64,000 nucleotides of DNA from an uncultured Alphaproteobacteria bacterium. Its GTDB lineage: Bacteria > Pseudomonadota > Alphaproteobacteria > Rhodobacterales > Rhodobacteraceae. The notes beneath the pieces were generated by a model, which did not search any database, was not told where the DNA came from, and saw only the letters and a list, made by a program, of their open reading frames with translations. The stretch spans positions 99,221 through 163,220 of the forward strand of contig CAWCXF010000007.1 in the NCBI GenBank assembly GCA_963799455.1, read 5' to 3'. Positions 41,226 through 48,872 of the stretch are shown here, in pieces. Positions within the stretch are counted from its first letter, which is position 1. Every line of letters starts with the position of its first letter. Both the position numbers and the translations under genes were made by a program.

Positions 41226-41864
41226 TTACTCGCGGATCAAACTTCTGTGCGCGGCCAACCAGGTGCTTGTTCTTGGCGCCGCGTTCGGCTCAAGGTGAAG
41301 CTGGAGTCGAAGCGTTTCAAGGTCCCCCCACTCATCGACATCGAACCAAGGCTCGAGGAGATACCCGCGGGTATTCTGGGCGAGGGTGTCGGCGAGGGTG
41401 CGCGGAGTCGACCAGGCGATATTTTCGAAGTTCGGACGCGCTTGGGCGCCGACCAGGTAAAAGCCGCCGTCGCTACTGGGACCAAAGGAGAGCGGCTTTG
41501 TGCAGGCCGCTTGGAGCGCGCGAGGCGGCAAGCTCGGTGCGTCACCGCCGATAAGGATCGCGGTCTTGTGGTCCTCGAGGAGCACGTCGATGGCGTTCAT
41601 CATGCGCAGTCCAAGGCCGTCGCCTTGTTGCGGCACTTGGCGGATGCCGAAGTGTCTCGCCAGGTCTCGGAGCACGGGGTGTTTGTGGTCGCCGGCGCTG
41701 AAGAGCACGCAGTCGGTGACGCTCGTGGCGAGGGCCAGCGTGTCCCAGAGAAACGCCACATGAAGCGCCGCCGCCGCTTCGTCGCCGATGACCTGGGCGA
41801 GACGTGTTTTGGTTCTCCCCGGGACCGGTGCTTTGGTGAAGACGCCGACGACGGAGGGTTTCAT
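41226..41864 (-). CDS. DUF2064 / TIGR04282-family glycosyltransferase-associated protein
   Basis: Start MKPSVVGVFTKAPVPGRTKTRL; ATGA overlap with the upstream GT2 gene. Confidence 0.7.
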   Translation of the reverse strand: MKPSVVGVFTKAPVPGRTKTRLAQVIGDEAAAALHVAFLWDTLALATSVTDCVLFSAGDHKHPVLRDLARHFGIRQVPQQGDGLGLRMMNAIDVLLEDHKTAILIGGDAPSLPPRALQAACTKPLSFGPSSDGGFYLVGAQARPNFENIAWSTPRTLADTLAQNTRGYLLEPWFDVDEWGDLETLRLQLHLEPNAAPRTSTWLAAHRSLIRE

Positions 41865-42547
41865 CGCGCGAGCCTGTGACGCGCGAGGAGCCAGAGGATC
41901 TTTCGGCCTGCGTGGAAGCTGCCGACGATGCTTCCGCTGACCTTGGAGACACCCTCGCGTCGAACGCGATAGCTGACGGGGACCTCGACATGGCGAAGTC
42001 TTTCTTGGGCGGCACGGATCTGCATCTCCACGGTCCAGCCCCAGTTTCGGTCCTTCATCTGGAGCGACTGAAGCGCGGACCAACGAATGGCGCGGAAGGG
42101 TCCAAGGTCTGTGTAGCGCGCGCCGTAGAGCAAACGTAGACCGCCACACGCGATGGCGTTACCGACGCGTTGCGGCAGCGTCAGCGCGCCGGGTTCAAGG
42201 TCGCCTCGAACGCGCGACCCAATGACGAGGTCGGCGCCATCTTCGATGGGCGCGAGAAGCGATGCCAGTTCGCTGGGGTCATCGCTGTTGTCGCCGTCGA
42301 GGAACACCACCACGTCCGGCGGGTCGCTTTGAAGGAGCGACAGCGCGCGCAGGCACGCTGCGCCGTATCCGCGTTCGCTCTCATGAACCACGCGCGCGCC
42401 TTCGGCCTCGGCGACCTCGGCTGTCCTGTCGCGGCTTCCGTTGTCGGCGACGATCACTTGGCGAACCAAGTCCATGGGGATGGCGCGCAAGACGAGGGGC
42501 AGCGCGTCTTCTTCGTCGAGGGCGGGGATGATGACGTCGACGATCAA
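41861..42547 (-). CDS. family 2 glycosyltransferase (DPM1-like)
   Basis: IIPALDEE, NGS.D.T and DGD motifs; overlaps both neighbouring genes by 4 nt. Confidence 0.8.
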   Translation of the reverse strand: MIVDVIIPALDEEDALPLVLRAIPMDLVRQVIVADNGSRDRTAEVAEAEGARVVHESERGYGAACLRALSLLQSDPPDVVVFLDGDNSDDPSELASLLAPIEDGADLVIGSRVRGDLEPGALTLPQRVGNAIACGGLRLLYGARYTDLGPFRAIRWSALQSLQMKDRNWGWTVEMQIRAAQERLRHVEVPVSYRVRREGVSKVSGSIVGSFHAGRKILWLLARHRLAR

Positions 42548-43803
42548 CCGCTTGCACCCGCGCTTCGACCGCGTCGCTCGAGCTCGGTGCGAGGCGGAAA
42601 AGGTTTTGCCGAGGGGATGCCTTCACGCAGGACCTGGAGCGCATACGCGCCGACGAGGCCCGGGAGACGACGCGCGAGCCTTCCGTAGGATTCCGTGCCG
42701 CGCATCGCCAGCTCACGCATGTACGTGTGGCTGAAGAGCACCCGCGCCCAGCGCGTCGGCTTTGGCCCGTAGATCATGTTGGCGAGGTAGTGCTGAAAGA
42801 GCAGGTTGCGACCGGGAATGGTGCGGCGGAAGTCGCGTTCGTAGCCGGGGATGCGCCGTGACGACGAACCGACGAGGCGCTTGGCCGCGTACTCCGCCAT
42901 CTCCAAAGAGGGCGCGATGCCTTCGCCGAGGAGCGGATCGATTCCCCACGCTTCGCCCACGAGGACGAGCCCTTCGATGTGGGCTTGGTTCGAGGGCGCA
43001 TAGAAATGCTCGGGCCACCCGGCGATCTTTTCGTCGACGCGGCGGTATCCATGCCGCTGGGCGAAGTCGTCGGTCCACGCGCGGAGCCTGCTGCCGCTGA
43101 TGACCCCGCGACCATCCATGATGCCGATCTTGTACAGACCGCTGTTGGGGTAGGGGAAGATCCACGCGTACCCCGGGATGCCGTCGAACACGGGGTCGAA
43201 GTCGAAGAGCAACGTGTCGGGCGTGGTCACTGCGGAAGGCGTTGCTTCGTAGTAAGCCTCGACCAATCGTCCAAGGCGTCCACGCGGGATCCCTGCGCAG
43301 CGCGAAACCGCGCCGTGCGCTCCGTCTGCGCCGATGACCCAGCGGGCTCTGAGCTCGGTGGCGTGTTCGCCACGGACATAAAGGGTCCACTCTTGGGCGG
43401 CGCGCTCAAGCTTGGTCAGCGCGGTTCCTTGGAGGACTTTGACGCCTTTGCCCTCTACGGCGCGGAGGAGCGCGTGGTCGAGGTCGGCGCGATCGTAGAG
43501 CCATTGGGGGCCGGCTTCGCGCACGGGGATGCGGCCTGCGCGTGAAACGAAGTCGAGCCCTAAGGTGCGGATCCCGCCAGGAGGCGCATCGGTCTCCGAC
43601 GCGAAGTGCTCCGGCAAGAGGGTGCGCAGAATAGCGGTGCCACGAAAGGTGATCCCTCCACCGCAGAGCTTCGGCCGAGGGAACGTCGCCTTGTCGAGGA
43701 CCACGATGTCATCCGGCGAGACGCCGAGTCGAAGGAGGTTGAGTGCGGTCGCGGAACCTGCGGGCCCGGCGCCAACGATCGCGTATTGCCAGAGCTTCGC
43801 CAC
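42544..43803 (-). CDS. geranylgeranyl-reductase-family FAD-dependent oxidoreductase
   Basis: GAGPAGS dinucleotide-binding motif plus the GGR-family core. Confidence 0.7.
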   Translation of the reverse strand: MAKLWQYAIVGAGPAGSATALNLLRLGVSPDDIVVLDKATFPRPKLCGGGITFRGTAILRTLLPEHFASETDAPPGGIRTLGLDFVSRAGRIPVREAGPQWLYDRADLDHALLRAVEGKGVKVLQGTALTKLERAAQEWTLYVRGEHATELRARWVIGADGAHGAVSRCAGIPRGRLGRLVEAYYEATPSAVTTPDTLLFDFDPVFDGIPGYAWIFPYPNSGLYKIGIMDGRGVISGSRLRAWTDDFAQRHGYRRVDEKIAGWPEHFYAPSNQAHIEGLVLVGEAWGIDPLLGEGIAPSLEMAEYAAKRLVGSSSRRIPGYERDFRRTIPGRNLLFQHYLANMIYGPKPTRWARVLFSHTYMRELAMRGTESYGRLARRLPGLVGAYALQVLREGIPSAKPFPPRTELERRGRSAGASG

Positions 43804-43882
43804 GTGCGCGTTCTAGGACCGCTTTTGTGGGTGCGCGAGGACTTTCTGCATGCGCGAACGCGCCGAGGGCCTACGATGGGTC

Positions 43883-44689
43883 ATGCTCAATCCCCAATCC
43901 GTAGTGACCGGCGCCGCCAGCGGTCTTGGCCGCGCTCTTTGTTTGGAGGTCGCAAAGCGTGGCGGCAACGTCGTGGTCGCCGACGTCGACCTCAAGGGCG
44001 CGGAGGAAACCGCGCACTTGGTCGAGAGCGCAGGTGCAAAGGCCTTCGTCGAGCGTTGTGATGTGTCCAACAAGGACGAAGTCGACGCCCTCGCCGAAGC
44101 GTCCGCCAAGCACCTCGGGCACATCGACCTCTTGTGCAACAACGCGGGCGTCGCCGTGTCCGGTCCCTTCGAGGAGATCTCCTTGGAAGACTGGAAGTGG
44201 ATCGTGGACATCAACCTGTGGGGCGTGATCTACGGCTGCCAGGCGTTCTTGCCGGCGATGCGTCAGCGAAGGAGCGGCCATGTACTCAATGTGGCCAGCG
44301 CCGCTGGGCTCCTGCGCACCGCCAACATGTCTCCGTACAACGTGACCAAGGTGGGCGTCGTGGGGCTGAGTGAGACGCTGAACGTCGAGTACAAGGCACA
44401 CGGGGTCAAGGTCACCGCCCTTTGCCCCACGTTCTTCAAGACCAAGATCATGGAGAGCGGTCGCGGGCCCGAGATGAAAGAGACGCGCCTCGCCAAAAAG
44501 TGGATGGAGCGCTCCAAGGTGCAAGCGCCCGACGTCGCGCGGATCGCTCTTGACGATCTTAGCGAGGGAAAGATCTACTCGGTGCCGATGGCGGATGGGA
44601 GAGCGCTCTGGCGTTTGAAGCGCGCCGCGCCGGAGGCGTTCTACGCGGTGCTCGAAAAGGGCGCCGCGTGGGTTCAGAAGCGTCGCTAA
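43883..44689 (+). CDS. SDR-family oxidoreductase (alternative start 43850)
   Basis: TGAASGLG Rossmann motif, NNAG, and YxxxK (YNVTK). Confidence 0.75.
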   Translation: MLNPQSVVTGAASGLGRALCLEVAKRGGNVVVADVDLKGAEETAHLVESAGAKAFVERCDVSNKDEVDALAEASAKHLGHIDLLCNNAGVAVSGPFEEISLEDWKWIVDINLWGVIYGCQAFLPAMRQRRSGHVLNVASAAGLLRTANMSPYNVTKVGVVGLSETLNVEYKAHGVKVTALCPTFFKTKIMESGRGPEMKETRLAKKWMERSKVQAPDVARIALDDLSEGKIYSVPMADGRALWRLKRAAPEAFYAVLEKGAAWVQKRR

Positions 44690-44716
44690 CCCCAGTGCTC
44701 GAACACTGGGTTAGAT
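44690..44716. terminator. GC hairpin between convergent genes (no T-tract)
   Basis: AACCCCAGTG-ctcgaa-CACTGGGTT. Confidence 0.35.
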
Positions 44717-45145
44717 CCCGTCGCAGAAATCGATGAAGCCCACGTCGTCCACAACGCACTGGCCAGAACCGGTGACACTGATGGCGGTGTTGCCGGTCTG
44801 GGATGAGCTCACCCAAGCAAAAGAGTCCGTCGGCGCGCTCTGGGCATTTCCGTTGAGCTGAAGCGAAGCGCCAGCATCGCAGCGCACCAAGATCCGCGGG
44901 GATCGAAGGCCAAACGCTTCGCCACTCGTGAGCGTCGTGCCCGCGGGGATCGCGACGCCATAGACGTTGTCGTGGAAAGTCGGGACCTGAGAAACCGGGC
45001 CCGTCGCGGTCCATCCACAGGGGACGCCGTCGCAGAAGCGTTCGAACTCTTCGGTGATGACGAGATCGTCGTCGCAGTAGCAACCGAGAAGGGAAGCGCT
45101 GAGGGGGACGACAATGACGAGCAAGAGTGCACCAAGGCGATTCAT
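44711..45145 (-). CDS. small secreted cysteine-containing lipoprotein
   Basis: Signal peptide with lipobox LLGC. Confidence 0.4.
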   Translation of the reverse strand: MNRLGALLLVIVVPLSASLLGCYCDDDLVITEEFERFCDGVPCGWTATGPVSQVPTFHDNVYGVAIPAGTTLTSGEAFGLRSPRILVRCDAGASLQLNGNAQSAPTDSFAWVSSSQTGNTAISVTGSGQCVVDDVGFIDFCDGI

Positions 45146-45843
45146 GAGCCGGCTCCAAACATAAAGGCGAAGTTGAAAAAGACTGCGGAGTGGTCGAAGA
45201 CGAGGTCGATGGGACCTGTTGGGAGAGTGCGGCGGAGCTGATACCCGAAGCGAAGGTTGAGACCCTTGGCGCTGCGTCGCGACAGGGGGAGGAAAATGTC
45301 GAAGGCGGCGCTGGCGCGATACGCTCCGCCGGAAGAGCCGCGTGAATCATGGACCCAGCGGGAGAAGCCAAAGCCGCCCGCCAACCGAAGCCCGAGCTGC
45401 GCGCGGCCCACCTGGAAGTAGGGCGTGAGCGTCAGATCGAGGCTTCCCATATGAAAACGAGTCGCCTGCGTTTCTGTTTCGCCGCGTACTCGTCGCTCGG
45501 TGGAGTCGCCGGCGAACTCGTAGGAGAGCTCTCCACCGACGCGAAGCCAGCTCGCGGCCAGGTACTGGGCGCCTGCGTTGAGATGCCACGACGTGTCCGG
45601 CGTCTCGTAGCCGATGCTCTCCAGCTGCTGATAGCCCGACGAGGAGCTCTCTTGCGTGAGCAGGCCAAAGCCACCACCCACGTGGAAAAGTGCGCGGGGA
45701 GGCGTTTGCTCTTCCAGGGGCTGGATGTTTTCGCGTGGTGCCTGGGCCGGCGGTGGTGCCGGCGGCAAGGGTTGGGCCTGGGCGGAGACGGTGAGCGCCA
45801 GAGGCGCCAAGAAGGTCACTACCAAGACGGGAAGAGTTCGCAT
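45142..45843 (-). CDS. outer-membrane beta-barrel protein (porin/OmpA-like fold)
   Basis: Signal peptide, alternating hydrophobic beta-strand pattern, C-terminal F. Confidence 0.45.
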   Translation of the reverse strand: MRTLPVLVVTFLAPLALTVSAQAQPLPPAPPPAQAPRENIQPLEEQTPPRALFHVGGGFGLLTQESSSSGYQQLESIGYETPDTSWHLNAGAQYLAASWLRVGGELSYEFAGDSTERRVRGETETQATRFHMGSLDLTLTPYFQVGRAQLGLRLAGGFGFSRWVHDSRGSSGGAYRASAAFDIFLPLSRRSAKGLNLRFGYQLRRTLPTGPIDLVFDHSAVFFNFAFMFGAGS

Positions 45844-46212
45844 GAGTGGCACATAATGCACAGTGTGTGCCACGGCTCTTGTGTGCCAATGAGTGCCGTA
45901 TCCGCTGGGGACTCTTCAAATACTAGGGGTTTCTCCGGTCGCTGATTTTGAAGGCGTGGTCCTCACTTCACAGATCCGCGAAGTGCCAAAATGACTATGA
46001 AGATAATCGACGATACAGCGAGATAGGATCTCGTTTGGTGAATGTAGAAAAAGCCTACGTTTTAAGGTGGCACATCTCCTGCTCCATGGATGGGTGTGTT
46101 CAACGAGCCAGAAACGACATGCCGGTGCTCCCCTGACCGGGTCAGCTTCCGGGTTCGACATGTTGTGAACAACGCGCGGCCTGAAACCAAGCCTGTTCTT
46201 TGGTCCTGAATA

Positions 46213-46254
46213 TGTCGCCTAGCGGTAGCGGGTTCGACTCCCGCCCAGTCCCTC
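46213..46254 (+). pseudogene. tRNA 3'-half fragment: D-arm-like segment fused to an intact T-arm
   Basis: GCCTAGCGGTAG followed by GCGGG-TTCGACT-CCCGC; no anticodon arm. Confidence 0.35.
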
Positions 46255-46300
46255 GGGGCCGGTAACTCATTGGTAGAGTACTAGACTTTTAATCTAATCA
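46255..46300 (+). pseudogene. tRNA-Lys(UUU) 5'-half fragment; 3' T-arm replaced by unrelated sequence
   Basis: GGGGCCGGTAACTCATTGGTAGAGTACTAGACTTTTAATCTAATCAC resembles bacterial tRNA-Lys (acceptor, D-arm, CUUUUAA loop) but lacks a TTCGA T-loop. Confidence 0.4.
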
Positions 46301-46428
46301 CGACGGTCTGGCCCTCCGCAAAGGGGCCTCCTTGAGACTCCGTTCCTTCGTGGGGTCGCTCCGGCGGCACAGGCGAACAGAACAAGCGCGGCTGCATTCG
46401 CCTCCGCATCTCCCTGGCCAAGGTAGTC

Positions 46429-46476
46429 CAGCTTCTTCGGAAAGCAGCTTCTTCGGAAGGCAGCTTCTTCGGAAGG
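46429..46476. repeat. 16-bp x3 tandem repeat (cagcttcttcggaa[a/g]g) in the leader of the SPFH gene
   Basis: Read directly: copies at 46429-46444, 46445-46460 and 46461-46476. Confidence 0.9.
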
Positions 46477-46659
46477 ATGGGCCCTCGCCTCGGCGACCCG
46501 GTGGTGGACCCAGCGCACTTCTTCTTTCGTTTTGCGTCTGCCCTTGCGCAGGTGCGGACGAGGGGCGGGGCCTCCCAAACTTTGCGTCTCGTTGCGACGA
46601 GACCGCCCGGCGCAGCTCCGTTTTCGGAGCGGGTGCGCCTTAGGAAAGCGAGAGAGAAA

Positions 46660-47748
46660 ATGTTCAGCACGTATCAAATCCAGTTCAACCAGCGAGGCAT
46701 CCTCTTGCGCGACGGCGTCGCCAAGGAGGCTCTGATGCCTGGGCGTCATCGCTTCTTCGGCAAGACCGACGTGGTCTACTTGCACATCGACGAGCTTGTC
46801 TTGGGCGTGTCCGCGGAGCTGCGGGCTGTGATCCCGAGCGACTGGTACGAAGAGTTCGAGGTCGCCGAAGATGAGCGCGCGGTGCTCTTCGTCGACGGCG
46901 TGCCGAGCAAGTACCTGCGCCCTGGCGTGCACCGTCACTGGAAGCTGCAGAACGTTTCGGTGAAGCTCGTGCGCTACGACGCGGACAAGGCGCTAGCGAA
47001 GCCCACCAAGGAGCTCATGCAGATCATCCCCGCGAGCGACGTGTCGTTTCAGGTCATCGCGGAGTATGAGCGCGGCGTGCTCTTCGTCGGGGGTCGCGCG
47101 GAACGTCTCCTCGAGGCGGGCATCCACGTCTTCTGGACGCAGGCCCACGCGCCGGTGGCGATCACGAAGGTCGACCTGCGCACGCAGCTCGTCAACGTGA
47201 TGGGTCAGGACTTGATGACCCGCGACAAGGTCACGCTTCGTCTGACGCTGACGGCGGAGTACGAGGTCCAAGACGTCATGCGCAGCGTGCTCTTGCGAGA
47301 GTCGGTGCGCGACGCGGTCTACCTGCGTCTGCAGCTTGCTGCGCGTGAGTACGTCGCGGGGGTGAAGCTCGACGATCTCTTGGACGGTCGCAGCGATTTC
47401 GCAGCGCATCTCCAGGACGCGCTGACGAGCGACGTCGAGGCCATGGGCCTGAAGCTGGTCCGTCTCGGCGTCAAAGACATCGTTCTTCCCGGCGACATGA
47501 AGGTGCTCATGAACCGCGTCATCGAGGCGGAGAAGGAAGCGGCGGCGAAGGTGATTCTGCGGCGTGAAGATGTCGCAGCAATGCGGTCGTTGGCTCAAAG
47601 CGCGAAGGTCCTCGAAGAGTCCCCAGGCGCGATGCGTCTCAAGGAGATGGAAGCGCTCAAGGACATCCTGTCGGGGGTCGCTGACCTCCACGTGGTGGTC
47701 GGCGATGGTCCAGGCAGCCTCGCGGGCCTGCGTTTGCCGAAAAGCTAG
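46660..47748 (+). CDS. SPFH/band 7 (stomatin/prohibitin-like) family protein
   Basis: Starts MFSTYQIQFNQRGILLRDG; SPFH core (VTLRLTLTAEYEV...) plus a C-terminal coiled coil. The 5' part of ORF 46477.. is probably leader, not coding. Confidence 0.7.
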   Translation: MFSTYQIQFNQRGILLRDGVAKEALMPGRHRFFGKTDVVYLHIDELVLGVSAELRAVIPSDWYEEFEVAEDERAVLFVDGVPSKYLRPGVHRHWKLQNVSVKLVRYDADKALAKPTKELMQIIPASDVSFQVIAEYERGVLFVGGRAERLLEAGIHVFWTQAHAPVAITKVDLRTQLVNVMGQDLMTRDKVTLRLTLTAEYEVQDVMRSVLLRESVRDAVYLRLQLAAREYVAGVKLDDLLDGRSDFAAHLQDALTSDVEAMGLKLVRLGVKDIVLPGDMKVLMNRVIEAEKEAAAKVILRREDVAAMRSLAQSAKVLEESPGAMRLKEMEALKDILSGVADLHVVVGDGPGSLAGLRLPKS

Positions 47749-47796
47749 GTCGTGAAGAGCCGAGGCTGCACGAAGGTGTGGCCTCGGCGCCCTTCA

Positions 47797-47843
47797 TCAA
47801 TGTTCATTTAGGGACGGACGTAAAATGAACCTCCGTCGTCACC
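47797..47843. repeat. repeat element copy A (single-arm form)
   Basis: ttcatttaGGGACGGACGTAAAATGAACCTCcgtcgtca; shared core with copy B. Confidence 0.8.
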
Positions 47844-47882
47844 AAGACCGGGCAAGACGGCGTGAGGTGTGGGCGGATGGAC

Positions 47883-48692
47883 TCAGCGCACCGCGCATTC
47901 CTCCATTCCTAAGGTCGGCACATCTTCCACGATCGAGATTAGGCCGCGCCGGACCGCGGTGCCCCGTAGCTGGATGTAGGAGTGTATGTAGGAGTCGGTT
48001 CCGTCGGCCACGAAACGAGCGCCCAGCTCGAACTCGTCAAGGATCTCGTCATCGGGAAGCGACTCCGAGTAGGAGCGAGAGACTCGGGCGCGCGTGACCC
48101 AATGCCACTCTTCGTCTTCCCAGTCGTCGACCGGGTCGGTGTCGAGGACTAGCCAGGTTCCTTCCCACTCCAGCGACAGCGCGATCGAAACGGATCCGAT
48201 GGGCCACGTGGTGACGGCTTCGTTCGTCGAACGAACGCCGACGCTCGTCGCGCACACCTCGAGCGAGAGTCCGCCGCCAGTGCAGTTGGTGTTTGCGCGC
48301 GCTTCCATATCGATGGCGTGCGCCTCGCCGTCCACCCACGCTACGCCCTCCAGTCGGTACGCTTGCCCTTCGTAGCGCAACTCCATGTCGAAGTCGCGCA
48401 GCTCCACGTCTCTCCACGGATGCATCGCGGACAGACCGTCGGCAATGTACGCCCGTGTCACGGGTTCGGTCCCCCCTTGATAATAGCCGACCTCCGCGAT
48501 CAACCATCGCGAACCGAAGGGCGTGCCAACTCGAACGATGCCGCTGCCGGTGGCGCTTACCAAGCCATCGGAGCAGGCCACCCCGCGCTCCGGTGGATAC
48601 TCGGAGGTCGCACACCCTGCGCCCCCGAAGGCGAGCAGGCAGATACCCAACAACCGCGCGTGGGGAGTCCAGTATGTCGAGAAGGGAAGCAT
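47883..48692 (-). CDS. hypothetical lipoprotein
   Basis: Lipobox LAFGGAGC; acidic W-rich C-terminus. Confidence 0.45.
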   Translation of the reverse strand: MLPFSTYWTPHARLLGICLLAFGGAGCATSEYPPERGVACSDGLVSATGSGIVRVGTPFGSRWLIAEVGYYQGGTEPVTRAYIADGLSAMHPWRDVELRDFDMELRYEGQAYRLEGVAWVDGEAHAIDMEARANTNCTGGGLSLEVCATSVGVRSTNEAVTTWPIGSVSIALSLEWEGTWLVLDTDPVDDWEDEEWHWVTRARVSRSYSESLPDDEILDEFELGARFVADGTDSYIHSYIQLRGTAVRRGLISIVEDVPTLGMEECAVR

Positions 48693-48780
48693 GAGTCAGG
48701 CGGGCCCGAATCAATCCTGATCCGAGCCGGTAAACCTATCAACCCGCGCGTACGACGTCGAGCGCGGCGCTCTTCGTTTG

Positions 48781-48872
48781 AGGAGGTTCATTCGGGGACG
48801 GACGTAAAATGAACCTCGCGAGGTTCATTTTACGTCCGTCCCCGAATGAACCTCCGTCGTGCTTAGGGCATT
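48781..48872. repeat. repeat element copy B: ~64-nt perfect palindrome (30-bp stem, CGCG centre)
   Basis: TTCATTCGGGGACGGACGTAAAATGAACCTC-GCG-AGGTTCATTTTACGTCCGTCCCCGAATGAA followed by CCTCCGTCGT as in copy A. Confidence 0.85.

Noticed and set aside
42713-43390. 225-aa ORF in an alternate frame of the GGR-family oxidoreductase
   Set aside because: Arg/Pro-rich off-frame translation.
46213-46300. Possibility that the adjacent tRNA 3'-half and 5'-half form a circularly permuted tRNA gene
   Set aside because: The acceptor strands are not complementary (CCAGTCC versus GGGGCCG), and the tRNA-Lys half lacks any T-arm. Two unrelated fragments is the simpler reading.
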